Shown here one piece after another: positions 18,842-27,930 of a stretch of 64,000 bases of DNA. Origin of the DNA: Spirochaetota bacterium (lineage in GTDB: Bacteria; Spirochaetota; UBA4802; UBA5550); assembly GCA_041737965.1 (NCBI GenBank), contig JBGSQT010000038.1, positions 101,179 through 165,178 of the forward strand, written 5' to 3'. The translations under genes and the position numbers were made by a program. The notes under the pieces were generated by a model. The model worked only from the letters and a program-made list of their open reading frames with translations, made no database searches and was not told where the DNA came from. Positions within the stretch are counted from its first letter, which is position 1; each line of letters starts with the position of its first letter.

Positions 18842-20827
18842 TTGAACGGATCATGCGATGAATTAAAATACAGACAGTTAATACTGTCTGTATTTTTTAT
18901 TTTTTTTACACTCACGGCGGTCTTTGACATGAGCGCGTATGCGCAGACCGTACCGGAGAAGACGGCCCTGGATGCGGCGCCGTCCATCGAACAACTCCTA
19001 AAAAAAGCGCAGGACCTTCGGCTCCATGAAGACAGATACTGGAATGTCCTCATGCACTATAGAAAAATACTTTTTAGAGTTGAGAGTTTCATCGATGACC
19101 CCGATTTTTTTCTGGCCAAGAACGGAAAAACAGACCCTCGGGCGGAGCTTGAAGCGACCATACGATACCTGTTCACTCCCCATGACGGCTCCGGCGTGTC
19201 TCCGAAATGCCGTTTTCCCGGCCGTTACGCATGGCTCAGGGAACGGCTGGGCACGGGCGAGGGCGATGCCGCCCGATCCGGTTGCGAAAAGATCCAGGAA
19301 ACCATGGCGATGATCAATCCTTCATCCATGTCGCTTATATTTCCGGTCGGATTCATGGGGAGTCCTGCTTCTATGTACGGTCACACCTTCATCATCGTTG
19401 AAAGCGAGGGAAAGAGCAGGCTCATGTCGTTTGCAATAAACTATCAGGCCCATGCGTCCGACAAATTCGGCTTTATCTTCGCGTTCAAGGGCCTCTTCGG
19501 TTTCTACAGGGGATTCTACGACGTGCTTCCCTACTATGAGAAAGTGAGGGAATACAGCGATCTCGACAAACGCGACATCTGGGAGTACCCTCTCAAGCTT
19601 GATAAGGACGAAATTGTCAGGTTTATGAACCACCTGTTTGAGTTAGACGAAATTCATTCTGACTACTACTTTCTCGATGAAAACTGTTCCTATAACCTGC
19701 TGTTTATGCTGGAAGCGGCAAAGCCTTCCCTGCATTTGACGGATGGATTCGGGCCATTCATCACTCCGGTCGATACGACACGCAGGGTGATCGAATCCGG
19801 CATCACCGGCGAACCGCTGTACAGACCGTCAAAGCTTTCGAGGCTGAAGTTTCTTTCGTCAAAGCTCGATGAGAAAGAAATACGAATGGTCAGGGAAATG
19901 GCAAATGGGCTCGTAGGTCCTGAATCGATTCAGACTCTTGATGCACCTGTTGAAAAAAAAATCGCCGCCGCGGACCTTCTGTGCGAATACCTCCAGTATT
20001 CCTTTATCGAGGGTTCAATCCCTCAAAAAAAATATGCGGAGCTGATCATTCCGGCGTTGAGGGAGCGAAGCGCCCTGGGGCCGCCTTCGGAGGAATCGAA
20101 GGGTATCGAGACACCCTCCAGGCCGGAAGAGGGACACCTCCCATATCATGCAAGCGCGTACGGGACTGTCCGGCATGAAAGATCCGGGTATTCCCCGATT
20201 TTCCATATCACCTGGAGGCCGACGAACCATACCCTTATCGACAGGGAGGAGGGGTATAACGAGGGATCGGAAATCGTTTTTCTCAATATTGATTTGAGCT
20301 ATAATGTGGAAACACGGCGGTTCTCTCTCCATCGATTCGATCTGGTTGATATGATCTCGCTCAATCCGATCACATGGTATTCCCGGACCCTTTCATGGAA
20401 AATCAAGACTGGTTTTACCGAAAAATTCGGCGATGATCTGGAAGAGCATCTGGTGTACGATTTCGACACTTCCTTCGGCTTGTCCGCAATGCTTCCGGTT
20501 CTGGGACTCTCGTACTGGATGGCCGAACTTGTAGCGGACATCGGCCCGTCAAAAAATTACTGGACAAACGGCGCTGCGGGCATTACCGCAGGTTTTGTCC
20601 GGAGGATCGCGTCTTTTTTTAAAATACATTATTCGGCCCGGTGCCTCTATTACTGCATCACCGAACGAAACCTGCTGCTCGAGACGTCATGCGCGAATAA
20701 TTTAATACTGACCGTGAATACCGGAATCATAGGGGAGTTTACGTATCGATATCTTTATTATCCTTTCAGGCGTATCGATTCTCATGACATGTATGAGTTC
20801 AAGGTCGGAGGGTATGTATTCTTCTGA
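18842..20827 (+). CDS. hypothetical exported/outer-membrane protein; start ambiguous (TTG at 18842 or ATG at 18929)
   Basis: 661-aa ORF. The TTG start at 18842 yields a textbook signal peptide (KYRQ-LILSVFFIFFTLTAVF-DMSAYA|Q) but overlaps the terminator hairpin. The ATG start at 18929 has no signal peptide. C-terminus ends with aromatic ...YEFKVGGYVFF, as in beta-barrel OMPs. Confidence 0.6.
   Translation: MNGSCDELKYRQLILSVFFIFFTLTAVFDMSAYAQTVPEKTALDAAPSIEQLLKKAQDLRLHEDRYWNVLMHYRKILFRVESFIDDPDFFLAKNGKTDPRAELEATIRYLFTPHDGSGVSPKCRFPGRYAWLRERLGTGEGDAARSGCEKIQETMAMINPSSMSLIFPVGFMGSPASMYGHTFIIVESEGKSRLMSFAINYQAHASDKFGFIFAFKGLFGFYRGFYDVLPYYEKVREYSDLDKRDIWEYPLKLDKDEIVRFMNHLFELDEIHSDYYFLDENCSYNLLFMLEAAKPSLHLTDGFGPFITPVDTTRRVIESGITGEPLYRPSKLSRLKFLSSKLDEKEIRMVREMANGLVGPESIQTLDAPVEKKIAAADLLCEYLQYSFIEGSIPQKKYAELIIPALRERSALGPPSEESKGIETPSRPEEGHLPYHASAYGTVRHERSGYSPIFHITWRPTNHTLIDREEGYNEGSEIVFLNIDLSYNVETRRFSLHRFDLVDMISLNPITWYSRTLSWKIKTGFTEKFGDDLEEHLVYDFDTSFGLSAMLPVLGLSYWMAELVADIGPSKNYWTNGAAGITAGFVRRIASFFKIHYSARCLYYCITERNLLLETSCANNLILTVNTGIIGEFTYRYLYYPFRRIDSHDMYEFKVGGYVFF
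18869..18907 (+). terminator. Rho-independent terminator (9-bp stem TACAGACAG/CTGTCTGTA followed by TTTTTTATTTTTTTT)
   Basis: Perfect inverted repeat at 18869-18877 / 18884-18892 followed by a 15-nt T-rich run, 60 nt downstream of the 18810 stop. Confidence 0.7.
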
Positions 20828-21682
20828 TTGGGACGGGCTGGCATGAGTAATGCCGGCATCAACACATCTGTATCCGTGATACGCAGAGTCATCGCCGTCA
20901 TCCATCTTGCGGTCGTCATATCCGTGCCGTTTTCATGCGTTTCCACATTTTTATACCATCCAACACGGGAGTTGCGCGGGACCCCCGGCGACGAGGAACT
21001 GCCATATCAAGACGTGTATTTTCAAAATTCACTCGGAAACCGGCTTCACGGCTGGTGGGTCCCGTCGAAAGGCGCGAAATATACAATACTGCTGTGCCAT
21101 GGAAACGGGGGTAATATCTCGCACAGGACCGGGCAGGTCGATGCCCTGAACAGGCATGGTTTCAATGTGTTCATTTTCGACTATGCCGGGTACGGACTCA
21201 GCGAGGGATCACCCTCGGAGCAGGGCCTTTACGACGATGCGATGCACGCATGGGGCCATCTCATCACCGTGAAAAAAACACCGCCTGGGGACGTGATTAT
21301 CTGGGGCACTTCGCTGGGGGGGAGCGTTGCCGCCATGACGGCGGCGAAAACCGGGCCTCGCGCACTTGTCCTGGAATCTTCTTTTTACTCTTTGAAAGAT
21401 GTCGCTGATCATCTCTTCCCTTTTTATCCATCGGGTCTCTGCATCGGCGATGCATTTTCCACTTACCGGTATGTTCAGACTGCGAATTGCCCGGTGATGG
21501 TCATACACAGCAGGGACGATGAAACAGTGCCGTACGTGCAGGGCGTGCGCCTTTTTGACTCCGCCGGACCGCCGAAAAAATTTCTCGAAATCCAGGGATC
21601 CCACAACAAAGGGTTCTCCCTGGCCCGGGAGAGGATATGCAGGGAACTTATTGAGTTTTTATCCATGAGTGAATCGAGGTGA
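20828..21682 (+). CDS. alpha/beta-fold hydrolase (S9/S33-like, membrane anchored)
   Basis: N-terminal TM; LCHGNGGNISHR... nucleophile elbow GTSLGGSVA; catalytic Asp/His region (HSRDDETVPY...QGSHNKGF). Confidence 0.8.
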   Translation: MGRAGMSNAGINTSVSVIRRVIAVIHLAVVISVPFSCVSTFLYHPTRELRGTPGDEELPYQDVYFQNSLGNRLHGWWVPSKGAKYTILLCHGNGGNISHRTGQVDALNRHGFNVFIFDYAGYGLSEGSPSEQGLYDDAMHAWGHLITVKKTPPGDVIIWGTSLGGSVAAMTAAKTGPRALVLESSFYSLKDVADHLFPFYPSGLCIGDAFSTYRYVQTANCPVMVIHSRDDETVPYVQGVRLFDSAGPPKKFLEIQGSHNKGFSLARERICRELIEFLSMSESR

Positions 21683-21685
21683 TGT

Positions 21686-22255
21686 ATGGGTAAAGCAAAA
21701 ATTCTCTCCGTGCTGTTGATGGCGGTTTCGGTTCTCTTAGCGCAAGAAACCGGTTTCGAACCCCCTTATCAGGGATTGAAGCTTCTGGGAGACAGCACCG
21801 CTCTTGAATGTCCGGTGTGCGTTACGGACATGCAGAAAAGGGCCTTCAGGATAATCGATCAGGCGCTTCCATCCGGAAAGGAGATCGAGACGTCGCCGGG
21901 CTTCACTCTGGTGAGGAACGGGAGCTGCAAGGACGGAGAGCTTCTAATGTCGTCATATTTGGAGAGAAAAACAGTCGGAGAAGACCCCCAAAAAGGAAGG
22001 ATTCTGGCTCCTCTTTTCGTCTTTTATTTTCATACGAAACGCCACCACCTTGTCGGAATTAAATCCGAAGATATGACAGGAGAAAATGCCGATACTCAAT
22101 ACGGGGGAGCGGCGGACGGGATAACGAGAATGTTTACAGGAAGGCTGGTCCTCATCCCCTATGGGTACGGGGACGGCGCCACCTTTATTTATTTTCAGAA
22201 AGAAAACAAAATCCAGGTTCAATGCCGGATCCTGGATTTAAAGAGAATTGAGTAA
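21686..22255 (+). CDS. hypothetical secreted protein
   Basis: 189 aa with signal peptide (ILSVLLMAVSVLLAQ); 3-nt gap to the upstream hydrolase gene. Confidence 0.5.
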   Translation: MGKAKILSVLLMAVSVLLAQETGFEPPYQGLKLLGDSTALECPVCVTDMQKRAFRIIDQALPSGKEIETSPGFTLVRNGSCKDGELLMSSYLERKTVGEDPQKGRILAPLFVFYFHTKRHHLVGIKSEDMTGENADTQYGGAADGITRMFTGRLVLIPYGYGDGATFIYFQKENKIQVQCRILDLKRIE

Positions 22256-22259
22256 CATG

Positions 22260-22331
22260 AGCGGGCGAAGGGAGTCGAACCCTCGACGTTCAGCTTGGGA
22301 AGCTGACATTCTACCACTGAATTACGCCCGC
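22260..22331 (-). tRNA. tRNA-Gly (anticodon CCC)
   Basis: Reverse-complement reads GCGGGCGTAATTCAGTGGTAGAAT...CAGC-TTCCCAA-GCTG...GGTTCGACTCCCTTCGCCCGCT. Cloverleaf with 7-bp acceptor stem, anticodon loop TTCCCAA, discriminator U; CCA not encoded. Confidence 0.85.
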
Positions 22332-22396
22332 GTGTTATGAACAGAAATTCATCGTATGCGTTTTTTGCAAGACTTTTTTCGGTCATTATAAGGTGA

Positions 22397-24445
22397 TTGA
22401 AGAAAAATAAATTTGTATTATTTTATCAAGGGCTGTATTATTATAATGAATATGCAAATCAAGATTCATCGGCGCCGGGGTATGGGACGGTGACTGCAAA
22501 AATCCTCAAAACCGCGCTTATCTCCCTCGCATTGCTCTGTGTAACGATCCTCCCCTCCTATACGGAAGATACAGCGGATATGAACCGCAAAGCAGGAGAT
22601 CTCTATGAGCAGAAAAAATACAACCAGGCCATCGCGTTATGGCTCGATATCCTGACAGTGGAGCCGGAAAATCAGAGGGTAATGCAGAAAATTGAGGAAG
22701 TGTACGAGATAAAGCAGAAAAAAGACCTCGCCTATCAGAAGTCGAAGTTTGATTACCGTATTTCCAAGATCAACCTGAGAAAGGAGGATGAGGAGAAGAT
22801 CGAGTTCGGCATATCCACCGGCTGGGACGCCTTAAATTCCTACAAAACGGCCTTTCGTCTTGACCCAAATGATGCCGACGTAAAGGGGATGAGGGAGCGG
22901 ATGGGAGCCCTGGAAAAGGAAATAATAGCCGCCGAGGAGTCCATGCGGCTGTCCCGGGCGATTAAGATGCGCATACAGGAACTGAAGGTGCTGGCAAGAG
23001 ACAAAACCGAAAAGAGGGATTATGAGAATGCGCTGAAAGACTGGGAAGAGGTGCTGGGCTATCTTCCCAATGATACCGAGTCCAACGAGGGAAAGCGCAA
23101 CTGCATGCTGGCAATTGAAAACAGGATCAGGTTCGAAAAAGTGAAGGGTTTCCTGGCCAAAGGGAAAGAGCTTTTCGACATTCAGCAGTATAAATCGGCA
23201 CGAAACGAATATACGCAGGCGCTGGATCTCGACGAGAAAAACAGGGAAGCGGTCGATTATATCGAAAAGATAGACGAGCTCCTCGAGGAGAAACTTCTTT
23301 TCGAGATCCGGCTCCAGCAGGCGGAAAACCTGTACAAGTCGGGCATCGATAATCTTCAGGCGACAAATTTTGACCAGGCGCAGGAGGATTTCGAATCCAT
23401 TCTGGCGCTTCTGAAGGACAAGGACTACCGGGACACAAAACAGAAACTCGCCTCAATAGACCTGCTCAGAAAAGAATATATGGTAAAGGAAAAACAGAAG
23501 CGCCTGGCCATGATCGACGAGTATTTTCAGGAAGGGATGATCGCATTCAGCGACAGTAAATTCAACATAGCCATAGCGAAATTCGATAAAACGCTTTCAC
23601 TCGATAAGGAAAACAAATCCGCCAGGACCTATCTGGAGAAATCCATGCAGGCGTTGAAACAGAAACAGGAGGAGGTGGTTGACGAGGATTCCCCCTATTT
23701 TAACGTCGTAAATTCGCTGATACTGTCGGGCCGGGAGCTGTTCAATGCCGGGAAATTTGTGGAATCGACAAAAAAATGGGAGCGAATCCTCCACCTGTTT
23801 CCCAAAAACAGTATTGCCCGTGAATACAGCATGAAATGTTATTACAGGATAAATCCGGATAAACTTGAATCCTTCAGCAGAATGCTTTTTGAATCCGGGC
23901 AGAAACTGCTTGCGGCGAAGGATTACAAGCAGGCGCTGGAAAAGTTTCAACTCCTGAAAACGGTGAACGAGATGTATCCGGCGGTCGACGAATACATCGC
24001 CAGGGCCAAAAACATTCCGGCAGAGTATCAGGAGGAGGGGGTTGCTCCTGTGGACCGTGAAGAGATCGAACGAAAATACAGGGCCGCCCTTGCGCTGTAC
24101 CAGAGGGGGGGAAAGGAAAACATTGAAAACTCCCTTGCCGCGTTCAGATGGATCGTGCAGAAAGACCCGAATAACGTGAAAGCGGTCATCAACGTAAATA
24201 AGATCGAATCTCAATTAAGGATCGAGCGTGGAGGAGTACAGGCGGGTATCGCCCAGCTGACGCCGGAGATGAGGCGCAAGGCCCAGCGCCACTATTACAA
24301 CGGGATCAGTTATTATACGGGCAACAATTATAAAAAAGCGATTGAAGAATGGCAGAAAGTGCTGTTAATTGACCCCGGAAACGCGAAAGCGAAAAACAAT
24401 ATCCGGAAAACAATGGCGTTTTTAGGGAGATACGGGAATGAATGA
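22397..24445 (+). CDS. tetratricopeptide-repeat (TPR) protein, membrane anchored / periplasmic
   Basis: 682 aa; N-terminal hydrophobic anchor (ALISLALLCVTILPSY); many TPR-like A..Y..A...W..VL..DP.N motifs; overlaps the downstream phosphatase gene by 8 nt. Confidence 0.8.
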   Translation: MKKNKFVLFYQGLYYYNEYANQDSSAPGYGTVTAKILKTALISLALLCVTILPSYTEDTADMNRKAGDLYEQKKYNQAIALWLDILTVEPENQRVMQKIEEVYEIKQKKDLAYQKSKFDYRISKINLRKEDEEKIEFGISTGWDALNSYKTAFRLDPNDADVKGMRERMGALEKEIIAAEESMRLSRAIKMRIQELKVLARDKTEKRDYENALKDWEEVLGYLPNDTESNEGKRNCMLAIENRIRFEKVKGFLAKGKELFDIQQYKSARNEYTQALDLDEKNREAVDYIEKIDELLEEKLLFEIRLQQAENLYKSGIDNLQATNFDQAQEDFESILALLKDKDYRDTKQKLASIDLLRKEYMVKEKQKRLAMIDEYFQEGMIAFSDSKFNIAIAKFDKTLSLDKENKSARTYLEKSMQALKQKQEEVVDEDSPYFNVVNSLILSGRELFNAGKFVESTKKWERILHLFPKNSIAREYSMKCYYRINPDKLESFSRMLFESGQKLLAAKDYKQALEKFQLLKTVNEMYPAVDEYIARAKNIPAEYQEEGVAPVDREEIERKYRAALALYQRGGKENIENSLAAFRWIVQKDPNNVKAVINVNKIESQLRIERGGVQAGIAQLTPEMRRKAQRHYYNGISYYTGNNYKKAIEEWQKVLLIDPGNAKAKNNIRKTMAFLGRYGNE

Positions 24446-26018
24446 TCCTGTAAAAAAAAGAGCCGCGCCCAAGGGATCTGACGGGAGCGGGAAAAAGAAG
24501 GGTGAAAAGGGTATCAGATTCGGGATTCGAATCAAGTTCTCACTGGCCATCATTTCGCTGGTATCTCTTATAATCGCCACCATTACCGTCTTTTTCGCAT
24601 GGCGCGAGAGCAACCTTCTCAAAGACCAGATTTTTCAGCTTGTGGAAAGGGAAACCATACATCTGTCCAAAACCGCCAGCGGTTCCATCGGGATTGACGA
24701 GCTGGCGCTCCTGTCTGCGATACAGGACCTCAAACGGATACCCTATATAAAATACGCATACGTGCTGGACAAGGAGGATGAAATACAGCAGTACTTCGAT
24801 AGGACCAAGAAGCAGAAAATCGGGGAAAAGCTGGTAGAACGCATAGACAGGTCAACCGGTGAAAAAAGAAGTGACGGGAAGATCACGGTGGTCCGGTATT
24901 CCGATCCGGGTGACACCGTCGGGAGCATATATGATTTCTCAAAGATGGTCCCAAGCCCGATCAATGAGCAGATCGGCATCGGAAAAGTGATCATCGGGCT
25001 TTCCGACAAGGTGATCCGCGACGAGGTGGCGGTGACCACAAAGGTGATCGTGCTGATTTCGCTCCTGTTTTTAGGGATCGCGATCGTCGCCTCAGTAATC
25101 CTGACCAGCATTATCATAAAACCCATCAAGGAGCTTTCCCATGGTGCGGCCATAATCGGAAAGGGAGATCTGGATTACCGCATCAACATTAAATCATCCG
25201 ACGAGCTCGGCCGGCTCGCCAGGGAATTCAACGAAATGACCTCGCAAATCAAGGACGCGAAGGAGAAGGAGATAGAATCGCGGCTGATGGAGGAACAGCT
25301 CGAAATGGCGAGGGACATACAGGAAGGGCTGAATCCCATGGGTTTTTATGAAAAAAACGGAATAGAGATCAAGGGTTTTACCAGGGCGGCCAAGGGGGTG
25401 GGGGGCGATTATTTCGATTACATTGACATCAACGAGCGGCGCGTCGGCGCCCTGATCAGCGACGTGTCAGGAAAGGGAGTGCCGGCCTCACTTGTCATGG
25501 TGATGATCAGGACCGTGTTTACCTCATACATCACCAGGAAGGACATCGACTGCGCGCATGTCGTCACCGCGATAAACGATTCACTGAGCGCCGATTTCGC
25601 CATCGACAAGTTCGCCACGCTTTTTTTCATGATTTATGACAGGGACACCGAGGAGCTTTCATTCGCCAATGCCGGTCACGGGCCGCTTTTTTGCTACCGT
25701 TCGGATAAAAAGATGTGCACGCTTACCAAGCTGGACGGAACACCTATCGGGATCATGGAGGATGTCGAATACTCGCAGGCCAGGGTAAAGCTGAAGGAAG
25801 GTGATATTGTGGTCATGTACACTGACGGTGTCACTGAAATGAGAAATGAAAACAAGGATGAATACGGCCTGCGCCGCCTTCAGGAACTTCTGATAAAACA
25901 CAGTGAAAAGAACGCCAACGAACTGGTGGAGTTGATAGTGAACGATGTTGAAACTTTCAGGGGAGAGACGAATCCCCATGATGACATGACACTGCTGGTC
26001 TTTAAAAGAGTAGGGTGA
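24438..26018 (+). CDS. sensor PP2C-type Ser/Thr phosphatase (RsbU/SpoIIE family) with periplasmic domain and HAMP
   Basis: Two TMs flank an approximately 170-aa extracytoplasmic domain; HAMP (KPIKELSHGAAIIGKGDLDYRINIKSSDELGRLAREFNEM); PP2C/SpoIIE motifs (GGDYFDYIDI...ISDVSGKGVPASL...NAGHGP...YTDGVTE). Confidence 0.85.
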   Translation: MNDPVKKRAAPKGSDGSGKKKGEKGIRFGIRIKFSLAIISLVSLIIATITVFFAWRESNLLKDQIFQLVERETIHLSKTASGSIGIDELALLSAIQDLKRIPYIKYAYVLDKEDEIQQYFDRTKKQKIGEKLVERIDRSTGEKRSDGKITVVRYSDPGDTVGSIYDFSKMVPSPINEQIGIGKVIIGLSDKVIRDEVAVTTKVIVLISLLFLGIAIVASVILTSIIIKPIKELSHGAAIIGKGDLDYRINIKSSDELGRLAREFNEMTSQIKDAKEKEIESRLMEEQLEMARDIQEGLNPMGFYEKNGIEIKGFTRAAKGVGGDYFDYIDINERRVGALISDVSGKGVPASLVMVMIRTVFTSYITRKDIDCAHVVTAINDSLSADFAIDKFATLFFMIYDRDTEELSFANAGHGPLFCYRSDKKMCTLTKLDGTPIGIMEDVEYSQARVKLKEGDIVVMYTDGVTEMRNENKDEYGLRRLQELLIKHSEKNANELVELIVNDVETFRGETNPHDDMTLLVFKRVG

Positions 26019-26022
26019 CCCT

Positions 26023-26367
26023 CTATAGGATTTCGTCGTCGCTTTCGTATATTTTGAAGAATTTATCCAGAGTTGCGAGCTTTAAAATATTCAGAACATC
26101 CTCGTGTATGTTCATCAGCGCGAACTTGCCGTTATGGGCCCTCATCTTCTTCTGACCCGCCACCAGCGCTCCGATTCCGGAGGAGTCCATATAGTTGACA
26201 TTTTTCATGTCCACGACGACGCTGTAGTGCTTGCCGTCGGTGATGCTGAAGAGGGCCTTTTTTAACTCGCTTACATTATACAGGTCAACTTCACCGCTAA
26301 CTTGGATTATTTTATGTTCCCCTATGTCCCTGAAGCTGATCTCCATGAATTCCTCCTCATCATCCAA
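26023..26367 (-). CDS. STAS-domain anti-sigma-factor antagonist-like protein
   Basis: 114 aa; SpoIIAA/RsbV-like pattern (IIQVSGEVDLYNVSELKKAL...VVVDMKNVNYMDSSGIGALV) with the conserved phosphorylatable Ser in DSSGIG. Confidence 0.8.
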   Translation of the reverse strand: MDDEEEFMEISFRDIGEHKIIQVSGEVDLYNVSELKKALFSITDGKHYSVVVDMKNVNYMDSSGIGALVAGQKKMRAHNGKFALMNIHEDVLNILKLATLDKFFKIYESDDEIL

Positions 26368-26556
26368 TCGCTGGAAATGGTATATAACGTCGTTATCGGC
26401 ATCAACAATTTTTTAATAAGACACTGAAATTATTCTCTATAGTTCATCTAAATGTCAAGAAAAAGATTTATCCCTTCAGGGTATTCGGCCGTTTCCAGGC
26501 ATTATTCTGAGGAACGCAGAGTACTGAAATCATTACGCGGTTTTACGCACGTTCAA

Positions 26557-27927
26557 TTACCTTACGAACAGTTTGTCGATGAATTCCGAAAGGTCAAGGA
26601 TATTATTGACTTCCTTCATCTCGACACAGTGCTGCTTGTAGAGCGACGCGATACTGTCACTCCAGTCCCAGAGGTGGCGTTTTTCCGGGTTCAGCCAGTA
26701 GACGGCGCGCGCTCTCTCTTTTATCCTGATAAATGAGTTGATCCCCGGGTCCTGGTTGTTGTTGCGCGCATCTCCAATCACCAGAACCGTGGTTTTTTTT
26801 GTCAGCGAATCGCTGTAATCCTCAAGAAACTGGTCGAAACTCCTGCCGTAATTGCTCCCCCACCCGTAGGTGAAGTCCGTATCGTTGAAAATCGAATTGA
26901 TGGCCCTTTCCGGGTCCATTTCCATGAACAGATTCGTGATTTCAACCAGGTTTCCGATAAAAGCGAATGTTCTCACCTTGGAAAAGAGGCTCTGCAGGGT
27001 GTGGGTGAGCAGCAGCATGAAACGGGAATACTGGTTAACCGAGCTGGACACGTCGCAAAGGACGGCGAGCTGGGGCCTGTCGATTTTGCGGTCCTTGTAC
27101 AGAATTTTAAACGGGACGCCTCCGTACTGAAGACTCGACCTGAAAGTCCTTTTAATGTCGATCCCGCCCCTCTTCACCTTTTTTTTCCGCAGGGAAATCC
27201 TGTTTTTCATTTTCTGGCCGAAACGCTTTACTATTTCACGCATCTCCTTTATTTCGTCAGGTTTCAGCTGGTATATGAATTTATTGAGAAGATAGTCTTC
27301 CCGGTTTTTAATGGACTTGCCGATTTTTCGTTTCTCAGCCCGCCTTCTCATCATGTCCAGAAGTTCGTTATGCCAGCGCAGTTGCTCTTCGGAAGGGACT
27401 TCGGTTTCTTCGTCCCGCCGGCTTGCGGCGGAGGAGCGGCGCGTATTGAAAAGCGCCATGCCGGTTCCGCCCGACGATCCCGACTGTTCCATCTCATCCA
27501 GAAAAAGCGACAGCAATTCCTCCGGGTTTTTTTGCAACAGCAGATTTTCCGCAAGTGAGTCGAGAAAGGAGTCCATGAGGTCTCCCAGCCCGTCCGGTTC
27601 CGCGTTTTTGCCTTCGGATTGGCGGGATAAGGGCGATTCCGGCTCGGCGCCGTCATCGGCCTGCGCATCATCCACCCTCCGCTGGGCTTCCCCTGAAAGG
27701 AAAAACCGTTCAAAGCATTTTTCAAAGGCGGGGATATCGGTGTAATCCTTGATCAGCGTTGTCTGGAGCGTCTGTTTGAACATTCCCCGCCTGTCAACGT
27801 CCGTATGGTTAAGCGCGTTGAACAGCGACAGGATTTCGTCGGTTGAAATTGATACGTTGGCGTCGCGGAGAATGTCGACGAAATCGTACACTTTGCCGAG
27901 GATGTGGCTTTCGCTGACCTTTTCCAT
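26557..27927 (-). CDS. VWA-domain protein, CoxE-like (partner of MoxR ATPase)
   Basis: 456 aa; C-terminal VWA with MIDAS-like DxSxS (LCDVSSSVNQYSRFML...VLVIGDARNN) typical of CoxE/VWA_CoxE proteins; 3-nt gap to the upstream MoxR gene. Confidence 0.72.
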   Translation of the reverse strand: MEKVSESHILGKVYDFVDILRDANVSISTDEILSLFNALNHTDVDRRGMFKQTLQTTLIKDYTDIPAFEKCFERFFLSGEAQRRVDDAQADDGAEPESPLSRQSEGKNAEPDGLGDLMDSFLDSLAENLLLQKNPEELLSLFLDEMEQSGSSGGTGMALFNTRRSSAASRRDEETEVPSEEQLRWHNELLDMMRRRAEKRKIGKSIKNREDYLLNKFIYQLKPDEIKEMREIVKRFGQKMKNRISLRKKKVKRGGIDIKRTFRSSLQYGGVPFKILYKDRKIDRPQLAVLCDVSSSVNQYSRFMLLLTHTLQSLFSKVRTFAFIGNLVEITNLFMEMDPERAINSIFNDTDFTYGWGSNYGRSFDQFLEDYSDSLTKKTTVLVIGDARNNNQDPGINSFIRIKERARAVYWLNPEKRHLWDWSDSIASLYKQHCVEMKEVNNILDLSEFIDKLFVR

Positions 27928-27930
27928 GTA

